Part shown: one piece after another, positions 6,895-16,797 of the stretch
Layout: each line of letters starts with the position of its first letter
Numbering within the stretch: the first letter of the stretch is position 1
IMG/VR virus record: IMGVR_UViG_3300037424_000558
Span: 1-45,308 of that record
Length of the DNA stretch: 45,308 bases
Reading direction: 5' to 3' (one strand)
From: a virus
Taxonomy: Duplodnaviria > Caudoviricetes
The notes under the pieces: model-generated
Seen by the model: only the letters and a program-made list of their open reading frames with translations
Databases searched by the model: none
Told to the model about the DNA's origin: nothing
Position numbers and translations under genes: made by a program

Positions 6895-7907
6895 GCCTTC
6901 CCATAAATATTTCCGCATCCCGTGGAGCCGCTGTTTTGGGTTTATCCAAATATCAAACACCGGTTCAAATTTGGCTTCAGATTTGTGAGGCCAGACGGCC
7001 TGGATTTTGTGCAGAACGCGGGCATAAATTGCCGGTTGTCGAGGAAAATGCCGCCATGCGTTGGGGGTCTGCGTTTGAATCTGTAATTATTGAGCTGGCA
7101 GAGGCGAAGACGGGTTTAAATATATCAGATCGAGAAAAACTGGTATCGGCCAATAAATACGTTACCTGCCATCTTGATGGGGTTTATACAGACGGAGTAA
7201 TTCACGAGGGCAAAACGACAAACGGCTTTGCATTTCGGGAATTTTGGGGAGAACCGGGAACGGATAAAATCCCGCAGGAATATCAGGTACAGGTACAACA
7301 TCAATTGTTATGCACGGGAGCAAGCGAGGCGATTGTCTCAGTTTTGGTTTTCCCGGTTGCTGTGGATGAGTTGGAAAAAGTGGGGTGGTTACCTGAAGAT
7401 ATTCCCGATTTAAAAAATAAAATATATAAATATTACTTAGTTAATAATGAAATTGGAAGATGCGTTGACCCTATTGAGTGGGCTGTCCCGTTATCTGAAA
7501 TGGGATTTTTCCACCAATACAGAATAAAGGCCGACAAAAAATTACACAAAAAATTATTAACCCACTACAAATATTTTTGGAATACTTATGTCATACCTGA
7601 GATTGAGCCTCCAATAAAAGATTATGAGGATATCAGATTATTATGCCCCGAACCTTACGGGACAATAGTTTTACCTGAGCAAATCGAAAACTGGAAAAAA
7701 GAGTATAACGACATTACAAAAGAATTAGGAAAATCTGGGTCAATGGAAAGAAGACGTGAGGAATTGAAAACCGCAATCGGGGCGTTCTTGGTTAGCAGAT
7801 TTAAAGCGGCGAAACCAGATGTCGATCCAGACAGTAAGGACAAATTTATTTTACGAAGTCAAAGCGGCGAAAAAATGGGCAGTTTTGACGGGAGGACGTT
7901 TAGATGA
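6891..7907 (+). CDS. YqaJ-like viral recombinase exonuclease
   Basis: ISASRGAAVLGLSKYQTP, AMRWGSAFE, CHLDG, EGKT, IPQEYQVQVQHQL motifs. Confidence 0.9.
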   Translation: MSLPINISASRGAAVLGLSKYQTPVQIWLQICEARRPGFCAERGHKLPVVEENAAMRWGSAFESVIIELAEAKTGLNISDREKLVSANKYVTCHLDGVYTDGVIHEGKTTNGFAFREFWGEPGTDKIPQEYQVQVQHQLLCTGASEAIVSVLVFPVAVDELEKVGWLPEDIPDLKNKIYKYYLVNNEIGRCVDPIEWAVPLSEMGFFHQYRIKADKKLHKKLLTHYKYFWNTYVIPEIEPPIKDYEDIRLLCPEPYGTIVLPEQIENWKKEYNDITKELGKSGSMERRREELKTAIGAFLVSRFKAAKPDVDPDSKDKFILRSQSGEKMGSFDGRTFR

Positions 7908-8048
7908 CAAATGGACAAGTATTAAAAATTAAAACAATTAAAGTGTATTTTACTGTTTTAAAATCAATTGGAATATTAATCGGAGTAATCGTTAAGCCGA
8001 TTATTTTTGGTTTTAAAATGGTGGATATAAGCAAAAAGGAATACAAAA

Positions 8049-8297
8049 ATGATATTGAATGAAGAGTACCCAAAACCATTAAAAATCGACAAAGACGCCC
8101 CGGAAAGTCTGGAGGTACAGATCAAAGACCCAAAAACCGGTAAAATTTTATTCTCTGGAATAATGAGCAACAAGCATTTTAAAACCGGATCGGTCGGATA
8201 TTTTGCAGGCGGTAAAATCGCAAACGAAACATCTGGGGAGCGTTATCAATTCGGCTGTAATATTACATTAATCGGGAGCAAACAAAATGGCAAATGA
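8049..8297 (+). CDS. Hypothetical protein
   Basis: 82-aa ORF with AAGGA RBS; FKTGSVGYFAGGK segment. Confidence 0.65.
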   Translation: MILNEEYPKPLKIDKDAPESLEVQIKDPKTGKILFSGIMSNKHFKTGSVGYFAGGKIANETSGERYQFGCNITLIGSKQNGK

Positions 8298-8688
8298 CAT
8301 AAACAAAACAATACTAGTAGGTCGCATAACTCGTGATCCAGAATTAAAAGAAACAAGTGGCGGTACTAAAATTTGTAAAATTTCCTTGGCCTCAAATAAA
8401 TCCTATAAATCGCATGACGAGAAAAAAGAATCTGTCGGTTTTTTCGATTGCGTTATTTTCGGAAAACTCGCTGAAATCATGGCGCAGTACGGGAAAAAAG
8501 GAAAACAAATTATTGTCGATGGATCTCTGAATTATTCGACATGGGATGATGCTGAAGGCAAAAAGAGAAGTAAAATTGAAATTCAAGTTGATAATTTTCA
8601 ATTTACTGGCAGCAAACCAGCGGGACAGACTGAGCCACCGTCCGAGCAGCCACAGTCGGACGGGTATGACCAGGAGATAGGATTTTAA
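8287..8688 (+). CDS. ssb: Single-stranded DNA-binding protein
   Basis: NKTILVGRITRDPEL, FGKLAE, KKGKQIIVDGSL and an acidic tail ending EIGF. Confidence 0.95.
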   Translation: MANDINKTILVGRITRDPELKETSGGTKICKISLASNKSYKSHDEKKESVGFFDCVIFGKLAEIMAQYGKKGKQIIVDGSLNYSTWDDAEGKKRSKIEIQVDNFQFTGSKPAGQTEPPSEQPQSDGYDQEIGF

Positions 8689-8690
8689 TT

Positions 8691-9515
8691 ATGAGCCAAA
8701 CAGCACAAAAAAAATCAGACTTACAACATTTCCAAGAAACGTACCAAAAAAATCTTGAACAGTATGCCCTGAATAAATACAAAAAAAATGAATTCTGGGC
8801 TTCGTTTAAACTGGCGGTCATGGAAAATCAAGATTTACAGCGAGCATTAAAAACTGATGCTGGGAAAATATCTTTGGCGTCAGCAATGCGTTTCGCAATT
8901 TCCACCGGTCTGTCATTAAATCCGCAAGAAGGGAAAGCGGCTCTTATTACATATGGAGACGTTATACAATATCAGGTTATGAAAAATGGCATCATTGAGC
9001 TGGCCATGCAATCCGGGAAAGTTGAGTTTGTAACCGCCGACATTGTCCGGTCAAACGATGAATTTAGAATTTCAAAAACCGGAATGGGTGATAAATATAC
9101 ATTCAACCCTGCCCGGAAAAACCGTGGAGACGTTGACGGATACTATGCGGCGATGAAAATGAAAGATGGCGTTACACATGTAATGTACATGGAGAAATCC
9201 GAGGTAGAAAGTCATGCTGGGAAATATTCCGCATTATTTCGCGTAAAGCCAGAAAAATCACCGTGGTCGAAAAGTTTCGACGGCATGGCATTAAAAACGG
9301 TTTTAAAAAGATTATTCCGAAATATCGTCATCAGTCGAGAACTTACCGCCGCCGTCTCAGGGGACGATGAAAATGAGGTAATGCCAGAAAGGGACATTAC
9401 ACCCGGCGTGAGTACTCAGGAATTATCTGATAAATTGCCGGATAAACCGGAGACCGTGAAACCTGATATCCCGGAAACTGAACCGAAGCAGACGAGTGGT
9501 AAGGGAATGTTTTGA
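8691..9515 (+). CDS. recT: RecT-family ssDNA annealing protein
   Basis: GLSLNPQEGKAALI, YQVMKNGIIELA, SPWSKSFDGMALKTVLKRL; paired with YqaJ. Confidence 0.88.
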   Translation: MSQTAQKKSDLQHFQETYQKNLEQYALNKYKKNEFWASFKLAVMENQDLQRALKTDAGKISLASAMRFAISTGLSLNPQEGKAALITYGDVIQYQVMKNGIIELAMQSGKVEFVTADIVRSNDEFRISKTGMGDKYTFNPARKNRGDVDGYYAAMKMKDGVTHVMYMEKSEVESHAGKYSALFRVKPEKSPWSKSFDGMALKTVLKRLFRNIVISRELTAAVSGDDENEVMPERDITPGVSTQELSDKLPDKPETVKPDIPETEPKQTSGKGMF

Positions 9516-9793
9516 CATTAACTGCCTACAAAATCCTTCACGTTGAGCTTTGGCAATGGCTTATCGATAATCCAGCGAAAGACCCGCAACAATGGAGACG
9601 CTGGAAATTTTGGGGCGGTAATATTACTCCCCCGAAAAATTGGCGTTTTGGTTGCGTTGTAAATAGGGAGCAATGTGTGAGATGCGGGATGAAAAATATA
9701 TGTGATGAAAATATATTTGCAAAATGGCGTGATGCGACAACGCAAGTCGATAAAATAAAATATGCCGAAATTATTCGTGATGGATGGAAATGA
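9512..9793 (+). CDS. Hypothetical Trp/Cys-rich protein
   Basis: 93-aa ORF overlapping the recT stop. Confidence 0.6.
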   Translation: MTLTAYKILHVELWQWLIDNPAKDPQQWRRWKFWGGNITPPKNWRFGCVVNREQCVRCGMKNICDENIFAKWRDATTQVDKIKYAEIIRDGWK

Positions 9794-10086
9794 AACTAAC
9801 CGAGCGCAAAAAAATAACATTTAATGACAGCGTTTTTTTTGTTACTCACGAACATGGTGTATTTTATACCGAGTGCGGAAAACTAAACGCTCTCATTAAT
9901 TGCCCTTTTTATGAAGTATTATTTCGAGATTTGGTAATAAAAAAAGAAACTATAAAAAATAATAAACATAGTTTTGAGCTGAAAGATTTCGAGCGTCATA
10001 AGTGTTTATTGCAAGATAAAATTTATGGATCAAGAACCGGGAATGATTTGTGGAAAACGTGTCCAGGTGAATTAGTGAAGGAATAG
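9790..10086 (+). CDS. Hypothetical protein
   Basis: ATGA-coupled ORF. Confidence 0.6.
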   Translation: MKLTERKKITFNDSVFFVTHEHGVFYTECGKLNALINCPFYEVLFRDLVIKKETIKNNKHSFELKDFERHKCLLQDKIYGSRTGNDLWKTCPGELVKE

Positions 10087-10090
10087 AAAA

Positions 10091-10558
10091 ATGACCGCAA
10101 ATGAAATTAGCCAGCATCTTCAACATTTTGTTTGGCAGCCGAATAATATTGTTTTACCGAATTTCTATTATAACAAATTTGAAATGGATTTATTTCGTTT
10201 ATTGCCGTCTGGGTATATTTATGAATATGAAATTAAAATAAGTAAATCAGATTTTAAACAAGATTTTATGAAATCTAATTATCATTCAGGTTATTATAAT
10301 AAAAAACATGATTTAATTAAATCCGGAAAATTAGCGAATAAATTTTTTTTCGTATGCCCAGAAAATTTAATAGAAATTGATGAAATACCTGATTATGCCG
10401 GGCTGATCTATAACGGGAATAAAATCATTAAGCCAGCCAAGTTAATTCATAAAAATTTATATCCTGAAAATAGATATAGGGATTTAGCTATTTTATTGGC
10501 ATTTAGGGAAAATAATTTAAGATATAAATTAAAATACTTAACAAGAAGAAAAAATTAA
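10091..10558 (+). CDS. PD-(D/E)XK nuclease-fold protein (MmcB-like)
   Basis: EMDL...YEYEIKISKSDFKQDF...FFFVCP...IPDYAGLI pattern. Confidence 0.7.
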   Translation: MTANEISQHLQHFVWQPNNIVLPNFYYNKFEMDLFRLLPSGYIYEYEIKISKSDFKQDFMKSNYHSGYYNKKHDLIKSGKLANKFFFVCPENLIEIDEIPDYAGLIYNGNKIIKPAKLIHKNLYPENRYRDLAILLAFRENNLRYKLKYLTRRKN

Positions 10559-10573
10559 TAAGACAGTGAACCT

Positions 10574-12181
10574 ATGCCAGAAAACCAATCGAATTTCCCT
10601 TTCCGAATACTCGGCGTGGCAGACGACGGCCAAGCCTATTTTTTAGATCGGCATGAGCGTTTATTTGCGACAAAATTAGAACATTTAAATAGTTCTAAAA
10701 TTTTGCAGCTTGCTTCTTTGGAATTTTGGAAATCATATAAAACACATAAAATGACCCGTGAGGACTGGATGGAAATCCAGGATGATTTAATTCACCTTTC
10801 TGGCTCAATTGATTTTGACCTTGATAATATCAGGGGTCGTGGCGCGTGTCGTGAAAAATCAGGCGGTATATGCTACCACGACGGCCAAGAAACAATCGGA
10901 GATATTAACGACAAAAGAATTTATTTAAAAAAGCGTAAAATTGATATGGGAATAAATGTAAACCCAGCATCAAAAAACTTGGCTCAAAAAATCGGACATT
11001 TAATTAATGAGTTAAATTTTGAAACAAAACTTGATACAATCCGTTGCCTGTCATGGTCTATTTTGTCGCCTTTTTCTGGGGCTTTGCCTTGGCGTCCGGC
11101 AATATTGATAACCGGAGAGTCAGGTTCTGGAAAAACTACTGTTGTAGATTATGTGATTAAACGACTTGCAAATCCGTATGTTTTTAACGGAGGGGAATCG
11201 ACCCCCGCGTACATCAGAAATAAAATAGGAAATGATTCTTGCGCAATTGTTCTCGAAGAGCTGGAGGCTGACACTCAGAAAAAGCGGATTAATAGAGAGG
11301 AATTATTCTCAATGATCCGGCAGTCAACGTCAGACGATGCCCCGATTTCAGGAAAAGCCACCAGAGACGGCGGGTTTAACGAATATATTATGAAAAATAT
11401 GTTTTGTTGCGTTGCCGTATCTCCTGAGATCGAAGCCGTTGCGGATGAAAATAGAATTTTCCGTATAAATATTATTAAGAAAAAAAACTCTCGAAACTGG
11501 CGGGATATAAAAGCGGGTTTAATAACAGAAATGACGGATAACGTCTGTCAGTCCATCCGAGCATTAACATGGAAAAAGTTCCCTCAGATTTTAGATGAGG
11601 CAGCGAAATTGACTCAGGTTATCGAGGATATTACAGGCCATGACACCCGTTCAAGTTACGCAGATGCATTACTATTTTCCGCTTATTTTTTAGTATGGCG
11701 CGGTGAAACTGAAATAAATATTCCAGATGCCACCGACGTAATAAAAGAAATAATGTCGAAAACCGAGATCGAACAAAAACGGGATGAGACTGACGAGATT
11801 TTACAGCGTATTTTGGCAGAACCAATTTATTTAGCTGAATCTCATAAAACAATGTCCATGTTTGAGGTCTTGACTGAGGTTAATAAATCTCTCCATGGCG
11901 GAATAAATGAATACAAAAGAGCCGCCGGAATTTATGGGATTGCCGTCCTTGAGTCAGGGCAAATTGCCATGCAGAATTATAATCATAAAATTAGTGAGAT
12001 AATAGATCGGGCGCGTGGTTATGACAAGCTGTTTAAACGGCATAAAAAATATAAAATGTCGAAAAATTGCAATATCCCTGGAATTGGTACGCATAACTGC
12101 ATGATTTTTGATATTGAATTTGAACAGAAAAAAGAGGAACCGAAGATCGTTTCTGAGCCGGATTGGGATTTAGATTTTTAA
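10574..12181 (+). CDS. P-loop NTPase, putative replicative helicase (primase-associated type)
   Basis: Walker A GESGSGKTT, Walker B-like IVLEELE; lies in the replication module. Confidence 0.75.
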   Translation: MPENQSNFPFRILGVADDGQAYFLDRHERLFATKLEHLNSSKILQLASLEFWKSYKTHKMTREDWMEIQDDLIHLSGSIDFDLDNIRGRGACREKSGGICYHDGQETIGDINDKRIYLKKRKIDMGINVNPASKNLAQKIGHLINELNFETKLDTIRCLSWSILSPFSGALPWRPAILITGESGSGKTTVVDYVIKRLANPYVFNGGESTPAYIRNKIGNDSCAIVLEELEADTQKKRINREELFSMIRQSTSDDAPISGKATRDGGFNEYIMKNMFCCVAVSPEIEAVADENRIFRINIIKKKNSRNWRDIKAGLITEMTDNVCQSIRALTWKKFPQILDEAAKLTQVIEDITGHDTRSSYADALLFSAYFLVWRGETEINIPDATDVIKEIMSKTEIEQKRDETDEILQRILAEPIYLAESHKTMSMFEVLTEVNKSLHGGINEYKRAAGIYGIAVLESGQIAMQNYNHKISEIIDRARGYDKLFKRHKKYKMSKNCNIPGIGTHNCMIFDIEFEQKKEEPKIVSEPDWDLDF

Positions 12182-12198
12182 ATTAAAGAGGTAAAAAT

Positions 12199-13143
12199 AT
12201 GTTAGGAAAAATAACGGCAAAAAAGACAAAAGAAAAAATAGATGGGAATACTCTTCTTATTTACAAAAAAATACAGTATCAAGCATTTTTTGAAATTTAT
12301 ATCAGTAAATTTAATAATACAATATCAATTAAAAAAATATTGGAATGGAATAAAAAACTTGAAAATTACACGGAAAAAATTAACACACACAACGAAATAT
12401 ATTCTGAATTAAAAAAGAAAATATGCACTGCATTGCTGGCCTCGAAATCTTTAATGAATCCTGAAATTGAAAATACAAAAAAACTTTTCAATGACGAAAT
12501 AATAATGATTGATCCAAAATTATTAAAAATCAATCCGTATCATAAAGATTATTTTTCTGAGGGCGGAATGAATAGAGAAAAACGAAAACAATTAATTGTA
12601 TCAATCAAAGATTATGGAATTAAAACCCCATTACAAATTACAAAAGATTTTACATTAATCGCAGGTCATAGAAGAACTGGAATCGCCCTTGAATTAAGAA
12701 TGGAGGAAGTTCCTTGCCAAGTGGCGTTATACGATTTGACTGATGACGAGTTGAAGTTACATTTACTTGAGGACTTTTATTTAAGCCGAGACGTTGGGAG
12801 TAAACAACGTAAAAAAATATATTCAGACATTATTGGTCTTGTCAGAAAAAAAATTCCTAATTTTGATTTTTTAATTCGAGAAAATAAATCAGGGCTTGAT
12901 TCTGAATTGGAGGACATGGGATTTAGTACGAAAACCAGAGAAAAAATACTTGTTCAAGAACGCCGGAAAGCTTCTCGTGACGATAACTATAGAAGGGTTG
13001 GATTAATTCAAGCCGATTATGATTCTATGCAGAAAAATATAAATAGATTAGTGTCTGTTTATATTGATACAAACGAAGACACAAAATTGAGGATAAAACC
13101 AGTAATTTTGCAGAAATTAAAAGAAGCTGGATTAATAAAATAA
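12199..13143 (+). CDS. ParB N-terminal (ParB/Srx) domain protein
   Basis: LKINPY, LIVSIKDYGIKTPLQI, LIAGHRR motifs. Confidence 0.8.
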   Translation: MLGKITAKKTKEKIDGNTLLIYKKIQYQAFFEIYISKFNNTISIKKILEWNKKLENYTEKINTHNEIYSELKKKICTALLASKSLMNPEIENTKKLFNDEIIMIDPKLLKINPYHKDYFSEGGMNREKRKQLIVSIKDYGIKTPLQITKDFTLIAGHRRTGIALELRMEEVPCQVALYDLTDDELKLHLLEDFYLSRDVGSKQRKKIYSDIIGLVRKKIPNFDFLIRENKSGLDSELEDMGFSTKTREKILVQERRKASRDDNYRRVGLIQADYDSMQKNINRLVSVYIDTNEDTKLRIKPVILQKLKEAGLIK

Positions 13144-14729
13144 TGCTTCGCCCATACCAGCAAGGCGCAATCGACGCAGCCAGAGAATCTTTATTTAAGC
13201 GTGGCAATCGTTCGCATTTAATTCAACTCCCAACAGGAGGAGGTAAGACGAAAATATTTTCTGAAATTACACATCGGGCGCATAAAAATAAATCAAAAGT
13301 CTGGATTGTAGCGCCAAGAAATAAAATCGTTGAACAAATTTCTGAAAACCTGAGTCATTACAAAGTTCCTCACGGGAAAATTCACGCAAATAGTCGCGAG
13401 TCAATAGCGTACAACGTGCATGTAGTTAGTAAAGATACATTAATCAGGCGTTATGATAAAATCAAAAACTGGCCGGATTTATTGATAATTGATGAGTGCC
13501 ATTTATTCTACGACCAGCAAAAAACAATTATCTCAAAACTTCCGAAACATACAAAAATAATTGGATTTACTGCAACCCCAGAGAGAACAGACGGGAGAGG
13601 TCTATCGGAAATTTACGACGATATTTCATACGGTGAATCAATCCCAAAAATGCAAGCCGGAAATTATTTAACACCGCTCAGGTATTTTGCTCCACCAATT
13701 CGAGGCATTGAAAAACTGCATCGCCGTGGTACGGAATATGACGCCGATGAGCTGGAAGAATTTTTCCAGAAAAATAAAATCTATGGCGAAGTTATCGGAC
13801 ATTACGAAAAATACGGGAAAGGAAAATCAGCTTTAATTTTTTGTCGTACCGTAAAATCAGCATACGAAACCGCCGAAAGGTTTCAAAAAGCTGGACATAA
13901 ATTTTATTGTATAGAAGGGGAGATGTCTTATAAAGAACAACGGGCATTAATCGACGCATTGAGCCAAGGTAAAATCGACGGCCTGACTAATTGTGAAATT
14001 GCAACCTATGGTCTTGATATTCCACGAATAGAATATATCGCATGTTTGCGCCCAACGGAGTCAAGAGCCTTATATTTTCAAATGGCCGGTCGTGGATTAA
14101 GGCCGTATCCCGGAAAAACTGAATTACTATTTTTTGACCATGTTGGTCTTTTACAATCACACGGGGAAAATGGAGTCCCCCCATTTTATTTGGATCATAT
14201 CGACTGGAATTTTACCGGAACAAACAAGAGGAAAATTACAGAAAAAGAACCGTCTCAAAAATTATGCCCTTACATCGGATTTATGTATTGCTCAAAACAA
14301 TCCTGCCGTGGCTGTGAACATAACGAGGCCGGAGTTGACGACGCCAGAAAAACTCAGGAAATAATTGACGTAAAACTTGAAGAAATTAAACCTCTAAAAT
14401 TACAGGACAGACCCCCCGAAGAACGTCGTGAATTTGTAGACAAAATGAACGATTTACGGCGTGAATATCTGGAGGCTGAAAAAACTGGAGAAATAAAACC
14501 GGGAATAATTGGAGAATTGTTAAAAACAGCTAAAGATTTAAAGCGTTCTGAAATGTGGGTTTACTGGTATTTGTCCGGAGAAGAAAGGATCTCTGTAAAT
14601 ATTCCGTTATTGCATGAAATGGCGCGGCAATTAAAATATAAACCGGCGTGGGTATTTTTTAAAAAAACTGAGATTAGAAAAAAACTGGATGAGAAACGGG
14701 AGAGCTTAGCGCGGAGCTTGGGGGTCTGA
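13143..14729 (+). CDS. SF2 DEAD/DEAH-box helicase
   Basis: LRPYQ, PTGGGKT, DECH, TATPER, GLDIP, QMAGRGLR motifs. Confidence 0.93.
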   Translation: MLRPYQQGAIDAARESLFKRGNRSHLIQLPTGGGKTKIFSEITHRAHKNKSKVWIVAPRNKIVEQISENLSHYKVPHGKIHANSRESIAYNVHVVSKDTLIRRYDKIKNWPDLLIIDECHLFYDQQKTIISKLPKHTKIIGFTATPERTDGRGLSEIYDDISYGESIPKMQAGNYLTPLRYFAPPIRGIEKLHRRGTEYDADELEEFFQKNKIYGEVIGHYEKYGKGKSALIFCRTVKSAYETAERFQKAGHKFYCIEGEMSYKEQRALIDALSQGKIDGLTNCEIATYGLDIPRIEYIACLRPTESRALYFQMAGRGLRPYPGKTELLFFDHVGLLQSHGENGVPPFYLDHIDWNFTGTNKRKITEKEPSQKLCPYIGFMYCSKQSCRGCEHNEAGVDDARKTQEIIDVKLEEIKPLKLQDRPPEERREFVDKMNDLRREYLEAEKTGEIKPGIIGELLKTAKDLKRSEMWVYWYLSGEERISVNIPLLHEMARQLKYKPAWVFFKKTEIRKKLDEKRESLARSLGV

Positions 14730-15071
14730 TTTAACGACACGAAATATACCGCCCATATTTTCCAGCGTGTCCCGAAATAATTTCTGAATTTTCGACAGGC
14801 CGCCGGTCGCCTTGACCTCCTCAGCGACAAAAACAGCGATTTTCTGGCCGACCATTTCCGGGGTTATCTCCACAGTTTCCCAGCCTGCGAGGTCTGGCCA
14901 GCCGGTGGGTGCGCCATGGAAAATACGGGGATTTTTTAACGTGATAGAATTTTCTGTTTTTCGGACAACTTCACCAGTCCAGCCAGTTCCGGCGTTTATT
15001 CGGAATAGGCGCTTATTTTTTGGCAGGTTTTTTAATATTTCGTTGATTAATTTCCGCTCCGGTGCGCCCAT
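14706..15071 (-). CDS. VRR-NUC domain nuclease
   Basis: LFRINAG, GWPDLAG, FVAEEVKATGGLSKIQKLF...GG motif. Confidence 0.85.
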   Translation of the reverse strand: MGAPERKLINEILKNLPKNKRLFRINAGTGWTGEVVRKTENSITLKNPRIFHGAPTGWPDLAGWETVEITPEMVGQKIAVFVAEEVKATGGLSKIQKLFRDTLENMGGIFRVVKSDPQAPR

Positions 15072-15131
15072 GTAAAACGGTATTATGTCACGTTAAGGTG
15101 TCAAATCAAAAAAAATGCTGGTTTTCTGGGG

Positions 15132-15155
15132 AGTAAGTAAAAAAATGATTGACAA
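15132..15155 (+). promoter_or_regulatory. Repeated early-type promoter element AGTAAGTAAAAAAATGATTGACAA
   Basis: 24-mer identical to 43423-43446; contains -35 TTGACA. Confidence 0.7.
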
Positions 15156-15183
15156 AATGTGAACAAATACCGATATTCTTTTT

Positions 15184-15606
15184 ATGAGAGAAAATATTTT
15201 ATCAGAAATAAAAAAACTTGAACAGAGAGACCATGAATGGATTTTAAATCAATTACAAGGTCTGGTTATGGAAAGCAAAAAAATATCAACTCCGGCGGAT
15301 ATTTATTCAAAATATCTATTAAAATACAGTAATAAAAAACAAGAACATTTTATCGTTATTGAGCTTGACGGTGGAAATAAAGTTCAAAAATGCAGGGTCA
15401 TCACAAAAGGTCTTTTAAATAGTTCACAGGTTCACCCCGGTGACGTTTTAAGAGTAAATGGGCAGGCATTAAAAGAATCTTTGAAATTAATTATTATTGG
15501 TGACGATGTGTATTTTAATTATTCTGGAAATATTTGGAAATACAATTTCACAACTGGAATGGTAACTAATTTTTATATTGGAACAGGAGAAATCAGGTCA
15601 TGGTAA
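15184..15606 (+). CDS. RadC/JAB-like protein lacking the HNHPSG motif
   Basis: KISTPAD, KQEHFIVIELD, ITKGLLNSSQVHP and IIIGDD match RadC, but the JAMM core is absent. Confidence 0.7.
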   Translation: MRENILSEIKKLEQRDHEWILNQLQGLVMESKKISTPADIYSKYLLKYSNKKQEHFIVIELDGGNKVQKCRVITKGLLNSSQVHPGDVLRVNGQALKESLKLIIIGDDVYFNYSGNIWKYNFTTGMVTNFYIGTGEIRSW

Positions 15607-16049
15607 AGACATTCAAACTAAACAAAAAATTAAAAGCAATACGAAGACTGAAGAACGCCTACATTGAAAAAGGAAAATTAATTGCAGTCCGAGAATTTAA
15701 CAAACAATTAAAAGAATTATCAAATGAACATTTGGAGACTATTGTTGAATTTGTAAAAACCAATAATAATGAACTAAAGGCAGTTAATAAAAAAACTAAA
15801 GAACTTGAAAATGAGTTACAGACAAAAATCAATAAAATTGACGAAATAAAATCAAAACTTATTGCCTCCCAAACTGATATTGATTTAATTCATTCAGAAT
15901 GTTCACGATATTATAATAACCTTAAAGACACCTACCATGATGAGAGGAAAAAGAAAATGGTCTCTATCGAATACGATAAATCGAGTGTAGATCATTTAAA
16001 GGGTAAAGTGGATAATTTAATAAACAAATCAATATCAGAAATAAATTAA
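15600..16049 (+). CDS. Coiled-coil hypothetical protein
   Basis: K/E/L heptad-rich 149-aa ORF, AGGAG RBS. Confidence 0.65.
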   Translation: MVKTFKLNKKLKAIRRLKNAYIEKGKLIAVREFNKQLKELSNEHLETIVEFVKTNNNELKAVNKKTKELENELQTKINKIDEIKSKLIASQTDIDLIHSECSRYYNNLKDTYHDERKKKMVSIEYDKSSVDHLKGKVDNLINKSISEIN

Positions 16050-16188
16050 TGAAAACAATTCTACTGCTCTTGCTTTTGTATATTATTATAATAATTATGA
16101 TGTTAAACCAAAATTTGAAAATTAATTCTGATTATTCATGTAAAAACCACGACATTTATAAATCAGGAAAACTTTATAAGGCAAAATC

Positions 16189-16500
16189 ATGTTGAGTAAA
16201 ATAAAATCAGAATTCAAAGGAGAAATTTGCAAAACTTTTGAGAATCCTGGTATAGCAAGCTTTAAGGATTTAAAAGAATATTCCGTAAAAAAAGGTTTTG
16301 AATATTCTGAAAATTTAGATAATAGATACCGGACTATCGTTATGAAGAAAGGCACGGTTGAAATTTCCGTGCCTATTCAAAATAGTTTGCCTGTAAATGA
16401 ATTTACTCTGTCAATAATTCTAGGAATTATTCGAGAAAAGCTTAGTAAGGCCAAACATTCGGAGCATCATTCAAGAACGAATCAGCATTATTTACGTTAA
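16189..16500 (+). CDS. Hypothetical protein, possible HicA-like dsRBD fold
   Basis: SFKDL...KKGF...ISVP...TLSIIL pattern. Confidence 0.4.
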   Translation: MLSKIKSEFKGEICKTFENPGIASFKDLKEYSVKKGFEYSENLDNRYRTIVMKKGTVEISVPIQNSLPVNEFTLSIILGIIREKLSKAKHSEHHSRTNQHYLR

Positions 16501-16795
16501 TCTTTAAATAATTTCCAGATCCATCTTTATCGGTTATCGACACGAGTGCAGCTTTTATCGCGGACCAGCTGTCTTTCTCAGCCTGAGTCATTGCCTCCCA
16601 TTTTTGGGCGTTGCAAAACTTAAGATCAATCTCATCAAGTTTTCGATTTCTCATCGACCTGATTTGACTTATTTTCGGGATTAATAAAAATTCCTGAAAA
16701 TCTGCGTGTGACTCGTCGATTTGTTCTTGATTTGCGTATTGTTTGTTTTCCCATGCACATATTATTTTATTATTCTCATCTCTTTGAATAAACAT
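16442..16795 (-). CDS. Tail fibre assembly/chaperone protein
   Basis: IRSMRNRKL...W...L...WP pattern; follows the tail fibre gene. Confidence 0.7.
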   Translation of the reverse strand: MFIQRDENNKIICAWENKQYANQEQIDESHADFQEFLLIPKISQIRSMRNRKLDEIDLKFCNAQKWEAMTQAEKDSWSAIKAALVSITDKDGSGNYLKINVNNADSFLNDAPNVWPY

Positions 16796-16797
16796 TT

